Source of the DNA: an uncultured Spirochaetaceae bacterium | GTDB taxonomy: Bacteria > Spirochaetota > Spirochaetia > DSM-27196 > SLST01 | Direction: 5' to 3' | Length of the DNA: 64,000 bases | Assembly: GCA_964599075.1 (NCBI GenBank) | Contig: CAZREG010000004.1 | Location: 38,491 to 102,490, forward strand | Notes under the pieces: model-generated | Database searches by the model: none | Told to the model about the DNA's origin: nothing | What the model saw: the letters and a program-made list of their open reading frames with translations, nothing else | Translations under genes and position numbers: made by a program | Shown here: positions 9,383 through 18,991 of the stretch, piece by piece | Layout of the letters: each line of letters begins with the position of its first letter | Position numbering within the stretch: the first letter of the stretch is position 1

Positions 9383-10438
9383 TCAGGCGTGAAGAGCTCT
9401 CTGTCGCTTGTAATGGTCCTCAAGCACAATTGAGGCCATTGCTTCAACGACAGGAACGATCCGGGGGCAGATACAGGCATCGTGTCTGCCCTCTGTTCGG
9501 ATCTCCCGTTCTTTTCCATCAACAGTGACAGTCTTCTGAGTGCGTGAAATGGAACTCACGGGCTTCACGGCGACACGGAATATAATGTCCTCACCCGTCG
9601 TGATTCCGCCGAGTATTCCTCCTGCGTTGTTGGTCAGGAAGCCGTCCGGACCCATTTCATCGTTGTGCTCGCTTCCAGTCATATCTGCAGCCCGAAAGCC
9701 AGCACCGAACTCAATGCCCTTTACCGCTCCCACGCTCAACATTGCATGTGCAATCTCAGCGTCCAGCTTATCAAAGACCGGTTCGCCGAGACCAGGCTCC
9801 ACGCCCGATATTCTGCACTCTACGACACCACCTACGGAGTCCTCGGTGTCCTTGATTCTGCTGATCTTCTCGATCATCCGCTCGGCGGCCTGCGGATCAC
9901 ACGCTCTGAGCATGTTGTTCTCGATCTGATCGGGAACGAACTGCTCACAGGAGATTCCTGCTGCGCGGATGGTGTAGGCGAGGAGTTTTACGCCGCGGCG
10001 GGCAAGTAGCTTCCGGGCAATGGCACCGGCCGCCACGCGGCCTGACGTCTCCCGCCCGCTTGCCCGTCCGCTTCCCCGATAGTCGCGGACGCCGTACTTG
10101 CGGAGGTAGGTAAAATCGGCATGCCCGGGGCGAAACATGGTCTTGATCTCGTCGTAGGCCGATGGATCGGCGTCAGAGTTGTAGAGGATCATCATGATCG
10201 GGGTGCCCGTGGTCTTGCCCTCAAATACCCCGGAGACAATGTTCACCTTGTCTGGTTCTTTCCGGGGTGTGGTGATGAAACTCTGGCCGGGCTTGCGCCG
10301 GTCGAGCTGTTCCTGTACGTCCTGCGGGCTTAATGCAAGACTGGGAGTACAGCCGTCGACTATGACTCCGACTGCACCGCCGTGTGATTCGCCAAACGTA
10401 GTCAGGCGAAACAAGTGTCCAAAGCTACTTCCTGCCAA
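9383..10438 (-). CDS. aroC: chorismate synthase
   Basis: 351 aa with the family signatures FRLTTFGESHGGAVGVIVDGCTP and GRHDACI. Confidence 0.95.
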   Translation of the reverse strand: MAGSSFGHLFRLTTFGESHGGAVGVIVDGCTPSLALSPQDVQEQLDRRKPGQSFITTPRKEPDKVNIVSGVFEGKTTGTPIMMILYNSDADPSAYDEIKTMFRPGHADFTYLRKYGVRDYRGSGRASGRETSGRVAAGAIARKLLARRGVKLLAYTIRAAGISCEQFVPDQIENNMLRACDPQAAERMIEKISRIKDTEDSVGGVVECRISGVEPGLGEPVFDKLDAEIAHAMLSVGAVKGIEFGAGFRAADMTGSEHNDEMGPDGFLTNNAGGILGGITTGEDIIFRVAVKPVSSISRTQKTVTVDGKEREIRTEGRHDACICPRIVPVVEAMASIVLEDHYKRQRALHA

Positions 10439-10982
10439 CTTCTATCTCCTCGATTGTTCGTATAAGAACTTCTAATGCCCGTGGGATCGGTAAGCCTTGT
10501 AAGTCGACTGTCACGTCTGCAATCTCACTGTACGCCCGCTTACGACGTTCCAGGAGTTCCCGCAGCTCTCTGTGCGCCGCATCGCGGTTCGTACTCTTGA
10601 GAAACGCCGGCATTCCGCTCCCGAGTATTCTGCTCACCAGACGTTCAACAGTGTCAGTAAGGTGTACCACGATACCCTGGTTCATGACAGCAACTGCAGG
10701 CTGATTGTCGCAGAGCCCGCCACCGGTCGAAACGACCGGGCTGTCATTCCGGGCGCCCGTCAGTTCCATCGCCGTGCGCTCAAGCTCAATAAAACGTTGC
10801 CGCCCGTCTTCTCCGTAGATGTCACGGACTGGTCGACGCATCGAAGTCTCTGCGCTGTCGATATCCTGGATCAGAGAATCCGTATCTATGAACGGACGTC
10901 CAAGGTGCCGAGCCAGCAGACGTCCGAGGGAGCTTTTTCCGGAGTGTTTCACTCCGACCAGATAGATGATCGCGTTACCCAC
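10425..10982 (-). CDS. aroK: shikimate kinase
   Basis: 185 aa with a GTG start and P-loop GVKHSGKSSLGRLLA followed by FIDTD. It overlaps aroC by 14 nt. Confidence 0.85.
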   Translation of the reverse strand: MGNAIIYLVGVKHSGKSSLGRLLARHLGRPFIDTDSLIQDIDSAETSMRRPVRDIYGEDGRQRFIELERTAMELTGARNDSPVVSTGGGLCDNQPAVAVMNQGIVVHLTDTVERLVSRILGSGMPAFLKSTNRDAAHRELRELLERRKRAYSEIADVTVDLQGLPIPRALEVLIRTIEEIEVGRK

Positions 10983-11003
10983 GGTCGCTCAATATACCCA
11001 AGG

Positions 11004-11732
11004 TCACGGTGCACGAAAATAGTCTGAGAACTCCAGAGTACTCTCGATCGTCCGCCGAAAGAAAAGAAGACTACCGGAGCCGCTGAACTCAAGCGTTTTG
11101 CTTACCCATCTGTCGCGATCATCCCGGCCGAAGTACTGAGTCATGAGAAACGACTCAAGGTAGAAGGGAAAGCTCTCGAGGGTGAGCTCAAGTTTCACCG
11201 GCATTCCGGTGTCTGTGGCCAACCAGGCCGAGCCAACGTTTGGACTATCGGCCCCGGTCTCATGGACGAAATCAAACCGCCGAGTGACCACACCGGCTAC
11301 GCGTTCCACCGTAGGCGTAGCGGTTACCGCGACGCGCTCCTGTTCCGCCGGATCAAACGGGCTCTTCTGAAGGCCGGAAAAGGCATTCCCTGCGTCCTCC
11401 TCCTCTTCATCGGAGTCGGGCCCACCGCCGAACGGTGAGCCGCCCTGAGGATTCTCTCTGCGTTCCTCTGTGACATCCTCTCCATCTTTTGTTGCCCAGA
11501 CTATGGTAGTCTCCGGCTCGCCGTCGGAACCAATGGCGATACTCAGGAGACTCTCTTCGGTAGAGATGAGCTCATCTCTGCCATTGTACTGGGTGAAGGC
11601 AATAAGCATTCTTCCCGGTAGAAGGTCGCCGTACTCACCGTAGAGTGAGACTGCCTGATCCCAGAGCTCATTCGCAGCAACTCCCTGGAAGGCGAGTACC
11701 AACAGAATCGATATGTTGAAAATTCTTTTCAT
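11004..11732 (-). CDS. secreted protein, possibly LolA-like fold, with an acidic insert
   Basis: Signal peptide MKRIFNISILLVLAFQGVAA and a DSDEEEEDAG insert. The family call is a weak impression only. Confidence 0.45.
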   Translation of the reverse strand: MKRIFNISILLVLAFQGVAANELWDQAVSLYGEYGDLLPGRMLIAFTQYNGRDELISTEESLLSIAIGSDGEPETTIVWATKDGEDVTEERRENPQGGSPFGGGPDSDEEEEDAGNAFSGLQKSPFDPAEQERVAVTATPTVERVAGVVTRRFDFVHETGADSPNVGSAWLATDTGMPVKLELTLESFPFYLESFLMTQYFGRDDRDRWVSKTLEFSGSGSLLFFRRTIESTLEFSDYFRAP

Positions 11733-14544
11733 CTCTGCGCCATAAGGTACTATCGATTACGGCTAACGACCCAGCAAGATCGAGTTCCAGAAAAAATGAT
11801 ACATCCCCCTTGCCAAAAGGCTCTGAGCTCTGCGGCCGTACCCGCAGAGACACGCCGCCGGTCACCGGCCAGTCAACCAGATAGGTCACAACGGTTGTGA
11901 TTGCAACCCCGCCGGCAACCGCCTCGTCAAGTTCAGGGGAGAAGCTTTGCCTCGTAAATCCGCCGGTAGCCTCAGCAAATGCCATAAGGCCGATTCTTGT
12001 GATGCCGACGCTGCTGAACAGTGGAATGTCCACGAGGAGATGGGGCGGTAGATAGCTTGCCGAAAGCTTGAAGTGTCCGGGACCTGGTGCTGTAGTCGCC
12101 GTTGTTCCTGAGAACCCGCGCAGCGCAAAAGGGGAACTGTAGTCGCTGTTGGTGGCATAGGTGACTTGAGGAGTGAGTTGGAGCACGTGGTTACCGCCTG
12201 CGTGCAGGTTGACAAACCCGCGACCCGTGACAAAGAGCGTCTCCACCGATCCGGTAAGCAGGGAGAGGGGGACCGCAGCCTGTGCCCGGAGACCCATTGC
12301 CCAGGGAGCGGCAGCCGACGAGCGGGAGGAGATTGGAGAACGGGAGGTAATAAAACCGGCTCCCGGTATGAAGAGTGGAATCTCTTCGGAGACCGTGTCC
12401 GATCCAAGTTCTGTGAGCGAGAACGGAGAGAGTGAGGCGAACGCGAACCGCGTGGAAGCTTCCGCAGTGAGGCCAAACCGGCGGGAAGTCCCCAGCTCGT
12501 AGTCGTTCAGCAGATCAAGTGTAGCCACCAGACCCTGTGAGAACTGCTGAACGTACACCGGGTTGCCAATCGCACCGGTGGTTCGGTACTCGCCCTCTGC
12601 AAACGTATCAAGGAGCAGTGGTCCAAGATCGGTCTGGATGGTAAAGCCGTAGCCAATTTGACTGATCGCGGGAAAGTAGAGCGCCTGCAGGAGCCATGCG
12701 GTTCTCGCAAGCAGATCGCGTCCACCTACGGTGACGCCTGCGCCAAGGAATGACAGATTTGGCAGGCCGCCGCTGAAACCAAGTGCCGGGAGCCAGTAGC
12801 GCGGCCAGGCGACCGGTGTAAATGGAGCAGAGGCTACGGCTGCGGCGGGGACCGGCGGCGCCGGAAGCGGTCTGGCCGCGGCAGCTTGCGGCCGATCGAG
12901 CGGTGAAGAGAGCTGTTTCAAGACGTTGCCATCCGGGCTGTAGGTTCGGTACATAATCTGGCCGGCAACTCTGGTTGCCTCTGCAATCCCCACCCGGTCG
13001 CGACCAACTTCCGAAACTAGCAGCTCAGTGAGGTCGATCTGAAACAAGCGCAGGGAGCCATCCACGGAAGCGGTAAAGAGCACCGTATTCTCATCGGTGA
13101 ATCGCGGGAACTCCGGGTTTGTCCCTTCAGGAGCGGGCAGGGCACGTGATTCACCGGTCGCGGTATGAACGAGCGTCAACCGCTGCACGCCAAGACGGTT
13201 CTCAGCTACCACGAGCAGAGAACCGGACGGCGAGAGTGACGGATTGTAGTAGCGAGTAGCAGGTGAACGCAGAAGCGTTTCCACTGCACTGAGACCTGTG
13301 TCAATTTCCACCGTCACCAGCTCCTGAAAACCGGCAATCCTGCGTACCGCGACCACCGAGCGTCCGTCGGGAGAGATGCGTGGCTGAAAGAAGCCGCCGC
13401 TATGCGTGAGAGCGCGGGTAGTTCCGGTCTGTAGATCATGAAGGTAGAGATTCGACTGTAACGGCGGATTCCCGGCGATGGTTCGGTCGCTGCTCACGGT
13501 TGCAAACACCAGCCGGCGCCCATCCGGGGTCACACTCCATGAGAACGGGTCGGAGAGTGCCACGGTGACTATCTCCCGTTCGCCTCCGTCCTCCAGCCAG
13601 TTTACGATCCCGGGGCGGCGGTCCGGCCTGGTTCTGTAGAGGTAGAGCCCCTCCTGAGTTTCGACCGGCAGATAGTAGTCGCCGCGCTGATCGGGGGACA
13701 CTCTCGCTCGTTCGGGGATCTGCTTTCGCTCGGCATAGCGGTTCTCCAGCCACGCGATTGCATCCCGGTAGATCTCCGACATGGGTGTCCCGGTAGCGCG
13801 CTCAATGGGTCCCCACATTCCAAAGAGTGGGAACGCGCTGAAATCACTGAGGAACGGCTCAATGAACTGTTCTCCATAGTGAGCCACCATATACTCGAGC
13901 AGAAAGCCACCGGCAACGTACTGTCTTCCTGGGGGTGCGAGGTGACTGGCGTAGCCCGCCTGCTTGAGGGAAAACATCTGGTTCTCGAGGATGAGCGCGC
14001 GCTCGTACAGCTCGTAGCGCGGGTCGGACTGGCGGCCACCTGAGGTGCGCGTGCTCTCTGCGTGGATGGCAAGTCCCTCAGTAAGCCAGAGCGGCACGAG
14101 TCCAATATCAAGCCCGGCGATGGAGCTCCCAAAGACGGAGGCCAGTCCCTCAAAGAGTCCTGGCGAGTGATTGGCCTGGAGGAAATGGGTAAGCTCGTGG
14201 ACAAGAAGCAGCCGCAACCAGCTCTCTGAGGATGATCCTGTCCACGTAGTAGACGGCTGAACCAGAAACAGACCGATATGCTGCGGCGGGTTGGGGTTGT
14301 AATAGCCATTGGCAAGATCGGTCTCCCCGTAGACGACCGCGGTCACCGTCTGTGGATCGCTGCCGAACAGCGTTGCAACCTCCGTGTAGACGGTGTCTGC
14401 GAAGCTCACGAGCTCTTCCACCGCAAACTCATGTTCGCTGCGATACACAAACCTGAAATTATTCGTGCTTGTTTCCAGCCACTGTTCGGCGGAAAGGGTG
14501 GACAAAACAACGAGAAAGAGTGTTGAGAATAGAGAGCAGCGCAT
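11668..14544 (-). CDS. large secreted protein: N-terminal zincin-like (HExxH) domain, TolB/PD40-like beta-propeller repeats, Gly/Ser/Thr-rich beta C-terminal region
   Basis: 958 aa with a signal peptide and LLLVHELTHFLQ (HExxH). It has repeated ...SPDGR.. / SPSGS.. / SPDGN.. PD40-like motifs. Its 3' end overlaps the next gene by 65 nt. Confidence 0.6.
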   Translation of the reverse strand: MRCSLFSTLFLVVLSTLSAEQWLETSTNNFRFVYRSEHEFAVEELVSFADTVYTEVATLFGSDPQTVTAVVYGETDLANGYYNPNPPQHIGLFLVQPSTTWTGSSSESWLRLLLVHELTHFLQANHSPGLFEGLASVFGSSIAGLDIGLVPLWLTEGLAIHAESTRTSGGRQSDPRYELYERALILENQMFSLKQAGYASHLAPPGRQYVAGGFLLEYMVAHYGEQFIEPFLSDFSAFPLFGMWGPIERATGTPMSEIYRDAIAWLENRYAERKQIPERARVSPDQRGDYYLPVETQEGLYLYRTRPDRRPGIVNWLEDGGEREIVTVALSDPFSWSVTPDGRRLVFATVSSDRTIAGNPPLQSNLYLHDLQTGTTRALTHSGGFFQPRISPDGRSVVAVRRIAGFQELVTVEIDTGLSAVETLLRSPATRYYNPSLSPSGSLLVVAENRLGVQRLTLVHTATGESRALPAPEGTNPEFPRFTDENTVLFTASVDGSLRLFQIDLTELLVSEVGRDRVGIAEATRVAGQIMYRTYSPDGNVLKQLSSPLDRPQAAAARPLPAPPVPAAAVASAPFTPVAWPRYWLPALGFSGGLPNLSFLGAGVTVGGRDLLARTAWLLQALYFPAISQIGYGFTIQTDLGPLLLDTFAEGEYRTTGAIGNPVYVQQFSQGLVATLDLLNDYELGTSRRFGLTAEASTRFAFASLSPFSLTELGSDTVSEEIPLFIPGAGFITSRSPISSRSSAAAPWAMGLRAQAAVPLSLLTGSVETLFVTGRGFVNLHAGGNHVLQLTPQVTYATNSDYSSPFALRGFSGTTATTAPGPGHFKLSASYLPPHLLVDIPLFSSVGITRIGLMAFAEATGGFTRQSFSPELDEAVAGGVAITTVVTYLVDWPVTGGVSLRVRPQSSEPFGKGDVSFFLELDLAGSLAVIDSTLWRRDEKNFQHIDSVGTRLPGSCCE

Positions 14545-14549
14545 GAGTC

Positions 14550-14578
14550 ATTGTAGCGGGGTAAGGAAACGGTGTCAG
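14550..14578 (-). promoter_or_regulatory. CTGACA-17-TACAAT promoter, 5 nt upstream of ATG 14544
   Basis: Read on the minus strand. The -35 box overlaps the stop codon of the upstream GGDEF/EAL gene. Confidence 0.5.
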
Positions 14579-16644
14579 GCTATAGAGGAGAGTTCTTCGG
14601 TGTAGGGGAGGGGGGCCGGCTCTGAAATGGCGAACCCCTGTGCGTAATCTACCCCACGCTCGGCGAGCATCTGCCGGATGCGATCGGTGTGGACGTATTC
14701 AGCAATGGTCTTCATGCCCATGGTATGACCAATGCTGTTTACCGCCTCTACCATCGCCAGATCTATGGGATCGGTTTCAATGTCCTTCACAAACGAGCCG
14801 TCTATCTTCAGGTAATCGACCGGAAGCCGTTTGAGGTAGCTGAAGGAGGAGAAACCGTTACCAAAATCATCCAGGGCGAAGGTGGCGCCGGTTTCCTTGA
14901 TGCGGCGGATAAACTTGGTTGCACCAGAGAGGTTCTGGATGGCGCTCGTCTCTGTGACCTCAAGGCAAAAGCTTGACCCTTCCACCTCGTACTGATCAAA
15001 CATAAAGAGGATATAGTCGAGCAGCGTGCTATCCGCGAGAGAAGCGCCGCTGATGTTGACGCAGATCACTGGAATAGAGAGCGACTTCTGTCCGGCGTGC
15101 TGAACGTATCTGCAAGCCCCTTCAATGACCCACCGGTCAATGCTGGGCATGAGCTTGTAGCGCTCGGCGGCAGGGATAAACTCACCTGGCGAGACAAGTC
15201 CGCCATCCAGGTCACGGAGGCGGAGGAGAATTTCATACTTCGTCTCATCCTGTCTGGTAAGGCTCTGAATCACCTGGTGGTAAAAGACAAACCGATCATC
15301 TTCGAGTGCATGGGTGAGACGGGAAATCCACTGCATCTCGCCCCGGCGCTTGAGAAAGACAAAGTCTGAGCTCTGAAACACTCGGACTGAGTTTCCGCCG
15401 TGCTCCTTTGCAAGGGTACATGCGTCGTCGCCGGCGGCAAGAATGCCGTTCACCTCGCAGTTGCCCTTGCCGATCGGGGCGGCGCCAATGCTCACGGTGA
15501 CATTGTAGCTTGAGCTCTGCCAGACGAACTTATGGTTGAGACGGACAACAAGCTCCTTTGCAACGTTGTGACCCGCTTCCAGATCGGCGTCTCTGATGAT
15601 GATCCCGAACTGATCTCCTCCAAGCCGTCCCAGAATGTACTCATGGGAGAGTACCAACTTGATCGATTCGGACATCTGCCGCAGCAGTTCGTCACCTGCC
15701 TGATGGCCGCATACGTCGTTTATAACCTTGAACTGATCAATATCAAGAAAGAGAAAGACGTGCTGTGATTCCTCGGAGGCGCTATCGGCAGCGAGCCTCT
15801 CAAGCTGGAAAGCAAACGCTTCCCGGTTAATCAGACCGGTCAACGCATCGTGACTCGCCTGATAGGTGACAGTCTCATTCAGCTGACGGACGTCAGTGAC
15901 GTCACGAAACGCAATCGTAAGCCCCTCGTACTGTCCTCTCTCTCCCCGGATATCTGAAGCGCTGCCTTCCACGTGTATCTTGGCACCAAACTTGTTAAGC
16001 AGTGAGGTTGCCTCAATGGCTCGCGAACCACGGATCGCCTCTGAGGAAGAGCGCCTGATCGAGACAGGCTCTCCGTTGGAATCCCGGATGAGCGAAATTA
16101 CTTCGTCTACCAGCACTCCACGAGCCTCGTCCTCTCTCCAGCCGGTCAGGGTCTCTGCAGCTGGATTTATGTATTGAATGAGGCCGGATGCGTCTGTGGA
16201 GACAATGGCGTCGCCTGCGCTTCGCAGTATTGAGGAGAAGAGTCTCTCCTGTCGCACAAGCTCCCGCTCTACGCGGCTCTTGTGGAGACCTATATCAATA
16301 GTAGTGTGCAGTTCCTTCTCTTTGAACGGCTTGAGCACATAGCCCACCGGTTCTGCAACCTTGGCCCTCTGGATAGTTGCCTCGTCTGCAAAGGCGGTGA
16401 GAAAGACAACCGGGATTCCGAAGGTGCTTCTGATCTCAGTTGCAGCGCCAATTCCGTCCGAGCCGTTGGACAACTGGATGTCCATAAGAATGAGGTCGGG
16501 ATGGTCTGCCCCGGCAAGCTCGACCGCCTCGCCGGCCTCCGACGCAAGCCCCACTACCTCGTATCCGAACTTCTCAAGACGACGCCGCAGGTCGAGTGCA
16601 ATAATCTTTTCGTCCTCAACAATGAGGATTCTCTCCTGGCCCAT
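14575..16644 (-). CDS. response regulator with REC-PAS-GGDEF(GGDQF)-EAL architecture, a c-di-GMP turnover protein
   Basis: REC motifs ILIVEDEK and DLILMDIQL. The GGDEF site reads RLGGDQFGII. EAL-domain motifs are YEILLRL, LEVTETS, ALDDFGNGFSSFSYLK and KIDGSFV. Confidence 0.85.
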   Translation of the reverse strand: MGQERILIVEDEKIIALDLRRRLEKFGYEVVGLASEAGEAVELAGADHPDLILMDIQLSNGSDGIGAATEIRSTFGIPVVFLTAFADEATIQRAKVAEPVGYVLKPFKEKELHTTIDIGLHKSRVERELVRQERLFSSILRSAGDAIVSTDASGLIQYINPAAETLTGWREDEARGVLVDEVISLIRDSNGEPVSIRRSSSEAIRGSRAIEATSLLNKFGAKIHVEGSASDIRGERGQYEGLTIAFRDVTDVRQLNETVTYQASHDALTGLINREAFAFQLERLAADSASEESQHVFLFLDIDQFKVINDVCGHQAGDELLRQMSESIKLVLSHEYILGRLGGDQFGIIIRDADLEAGHNVAKELVVRLNHKFVWQSSSYNVTVSIGAAPIGKGNCEVNGILAAGDDACTLAKEHGGNSVRVFQSSDFVFLKRRGEMQWISRLTHALEDDRFVFYHQVIQSLTRQDETKYEILLRLRDLDGGLVSPGEFIPAAERYKLMPSIDRWVIEGACRYVQHAGQKSLSIPVICVNISGASLADSTLLDYILFMFDQYEVEGSSFCLEVTETSAIQNLSGATKFIRRIKETGATFALDDFGNGFSSFSYLKRLPVDYLKIDGSFVKDIETDPIDLAMVEAVNSIGHTMGMKTIAEYVHTDRIRQMLAERGVDYAQGFAISEPAPLPYTEELSSIA

Positions 16645-16651
16645 CCCGGAC

Positions 16652-16680
16652 AGTATACCTCAGATCATTAAGAAGTGCAA
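16652..16680 (-). promoter_or_regulatory. TTGCAC-17-TATACT promoter, 7 nt upstream of ATG 16644
   Basis: Read on the minus strand. No Shine-Dalgarno is present. Confidence 0.5.
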
Positions 16681-16704
16681 TATCTTGAGTAATGGAGAAT
16701 TCAG

Positions 16705-16725
16705 AAAAAACGGGCAAATGTGCCG
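16705..16725 (-). terminator. weak candidate terminator after the nqr operon
   Basis: On the minus strand, CGGCACATTTGCCCG forms an imperfect 4-5 bp stem followed by TTTTTT (16705-16710). Confidence 0.3.
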
Positions 16726-16752
16726 ACTCGGGCTGGAGCCGGCCTGGAGATG

Positions 16753-17220
16753 CTACTTCCCGGGGAAGAGAACGGCTTTTATCTGTGAAGGCTCAAGACG
16801 GAACGAGCTGCCTGTACCCTGGAGAAAGTGATACTTCTCCACCAGGTGGAGACTGAGCTCAGAGAACAGAAGCTGCTTGCCGCCTTCTGCGGAATCACTC
16901 AGACGAACCTGTGCATTTACCTTCCGATAGATCCCGTCTTCGAACGGGCTGGCGAGAAAGCCGCGTGCCTCATAGACCTGCACGATCCAGCTGCCGTCCA
17001 CGGTGACCGGCTCACCAAGGCCCTTTCGACCCTCATTCATAAGGTGTCGCATTCGTTCCACAATCTCATCGAAATCGAGCCCGAGCTGGCCTGCGGCCGA
17101 CTCATCCGCCGCAATTATGTCAACGATCGGCCTCTCGTCATCACCCAGAAATCCATCAGAGGTGATGACGCCCGGCTGCATGTTGGCCTGAGCCTTTGCG
17201 AATTCGGGGGACATTTTCAT
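16753..17220 (-). CDS. hypothetical cytoplasmic protein, last gene of the nqr operon
   Basis: 155 aa with no signal peptide or TM helix. An AGGAG sits 8 nt upstream of the ATG and overlaps the nqrF stop codon. No motif I recognise. Confidence 0.6.
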   Translation of the reverse strand: MKMSPEFAKAQANMQPGVITSDGFLGDDERPIVDIIAADESAAGQLGLDFDEIVERMRHLMNEGRKGLGEPVTVDGSWIVQVYEARGFLASPFEDGIYRKVNAQVRLSDSAEGGKQLLFSELSLHLVEKYHFLQGTGSSFRLEPSQIKAVLFPGK

Positions 17221-17231
17221 ACAGCCGACTC

Positions 17232-18371
17232 CTATGCAAACTTGTCGAAGTAGATCTTCTCTTCCGACATCTCGAACTTTCTCATGACCGCCATACAGGC
17301 GTCAAGCATACCGGGACTACCGCAGAGATAGCCTTCAAGTTCGGTCTCCCGACTGATCTTGTTCTGGAGATAGTCGCCAAGAACCTCGGTGATAAGACCG
17401 GTTGGTCCGCTCCAGTCGTCTTCCGGTTGCGGCTCACTCAGCGCCGGCACAAAGTGGAACTTCTCATACTTCTCATCCAGCTCATTGAGCCAGTCAAGAT
17501 AGAACATGTCCTTTTTGGTTCGTGCGCCAAAGAAGTACCAGATCTCCCGGGTCTCAATCTCGGCGGTCTCAACCATATGCTGGAAGATCGCTTTGAACGG
17601 TGCCATGCCGGAGCCGCCGGCGACACAGATCATGGTTGCCCCGGTGTCTTTCACGTTGAACTCACCGAACGGTGCTATGACGTTGATCTTCTGTCCTTCC
17701 TGAAGCTGCTCGTGTACGTATGAGGTGACAATACCGCCAGGAACCAGACGAATCAGGAACTCCAGATGATTCTTGTCACTTGGTGGAGAGCTCATGGAGT
17801 ATGCGCGCTGAGTTGCGGTCTTCACCTTGTCGTAGGGTGGTACCTCAAACTGACCGTACTGACCACAGACAAAGCTAACCTCTTCACCTTCCGGCAGCTT
17901 GACGTACACCTCTTTTATATCATGGGTAACGTCACGAATCCGCTCAACGATTCCTTCGTACTGCTTGACGTTGAACAGCGCCTCAGGGATCTCAATCTGG
18001 AGATCCTCTTTACACTTGATCTGACAGGAGAGTCGGACATTGTCCTCCATCTCCTCTTTTTCAAGGTATGGGGTTTCAGTCGGCAGATGGGGACCGATGT
18101 CAGTCAGCACCTTCACCTTGCACGCTCCGCAACTACCGCGTCCACCACAGGCGCTGGGGACGAAAATTCCGCTCTCGCTGAGCGTCTGAAGCAGCGGTGC
18201 CCCACCTTTTATGTCGAGCGCGCGCTTGCCGTTGTTGATGTCAATGACCAGATCGCCATAGTTGTTGACGATCTTGTCGGTGATGGAGATCAGGGCTCCG
18301 AGAACCGCACTGATACCCGCTATTGACAGCGGCGCCACAAGCGCCTGCACTATCATTGGTGTGTTTTCCAC
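17232..18371 (-). CDS. nqrF: Na+-translocating NADH:quinone oxidoreductase subunit F
   Basis: N-terminal TM helix, 2Fe-2S ferredoxin motif CGGRGSCGACKVKV, FAD motif RAYSMSS and NAD motif ICVAGGSGMAP. Confidence 0.9.
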   Translation of the reverse strand: MENTPMIVQALVAPLSIAGISAVLGALISITDKIVNNYGDLVIDINNGKRALDIKGGAPLLQTLSESGIFVPSACGGRGSCGACKVKVLTDIGPHLPTETPYLEKEEMEDNVRLSCQIKCKEDLQIEIPEALFNVKQYEGIVERIRDVTHDIKEVYVKLPEGEEVSFVCGQYGQFEVPPYDKVKTATQRAYSMSSPPSDKNHLEFLIRLVPGGIVTSYVHEQLQEGQKINVIAPFGEFNVKDTGATMICVAGGSGMAPFKAIFQHMVETAEIETREIWYFFGARTKKDMFYLDWLNELDEKYEKFHFVPALSEPQPEDDWSGPTGLITEVLGDYLQNKISRETELEGYLCGSPGMLDACMAVMRKFEMSEEKIYFDKFA

Positions 18372-18400
18372 GTTTCCTCCCGGTTATCCTTCTTTGCTGA

Positions 18401-18991
18401 CTACTGAACCTGCAGCATTCCGCTGAAGCCGATAAACGCCATGGCCATGAAACCGATGGTGATCATGGTGATCCCGGCGCCCTTGAGACCCGAGGGTACC
18501 GGCGCCTTATCGACCTTCTTGCGAATCGCACTGAGCGCAAGAATAGCAAGCCACCAGCCAAGACCGCTTCCGAAACCGTAGATCAGAGACTGGGTGAAGC
18601 TGTAGCTGCGGATCTCCATGAAAAGCGAAACACCAAGAATGGCGCAGTTCACCGTAATGAGCGGCAGGAAGATCCCCAGGTTCATGTAGAGTGTCTGGCT
18701 GACGCGGTCAATGATCATCTCGAGCATCTGCACCACTGCAGCGATCACTATGATAAACACAATGTAGCGCAGGTAGACCAGGCCCAGCGTTTGAAGCAGT
18801 TGAAGAACCAGCCAGTTGACGCCGCTGGTAACCGTGAGCACGAGGGTCACTGCAAGTCCAAGGCCGTTGGAGCTCTTGAGATCCTTGGAGATGGAGATGA
18901 ACGAGCACATTCCCAGAAAGTTTGCCAGCAGGATATTGCTTGTGAAAATGGATGCAAAAAAGAGTGCAAAAGGATTGAGTACCGGTGTCAT
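18401..18991 (-). CDS. nqrE: NQR subunit E
   Basis: LGIFLPLITVNCAILG, YGFGSGLGWWLAI and GITMITIGFMAMAF closely match Vibrio NqrE from memory. The ATG at 18991 makes an ATGA overlap with nqrD. The track start at 19087 is an extension into nqrD. Confidence 0.9.
   Translation of the reverse strand: MTPVLNPFALFFASIFTSNILLANFLGMCSFISISKDLKSSNGLGLAVTLVLTVTSGVNWLVLQLLQTLGLVYLRYIVFIIVIAAVVQMLEMIIDRVSQTLYMNLGIFLPLITVNCAILGVSLFMEIRSYSFTQSLIYGFGSGLGWWLAILALSAIRKKVDKAPVPSGLKGAGITMITIGFMAMAFIGFSGMLQVQ

Noticed and set aside
11668-11732. The 65-nt overlap interpreted as a programmed frameshift or a pseudogene.
   Set aside because: No slippery heptamer or downstream structure is visible, and both ORFs are intact with sensible termini. 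I kept it as an observation only.
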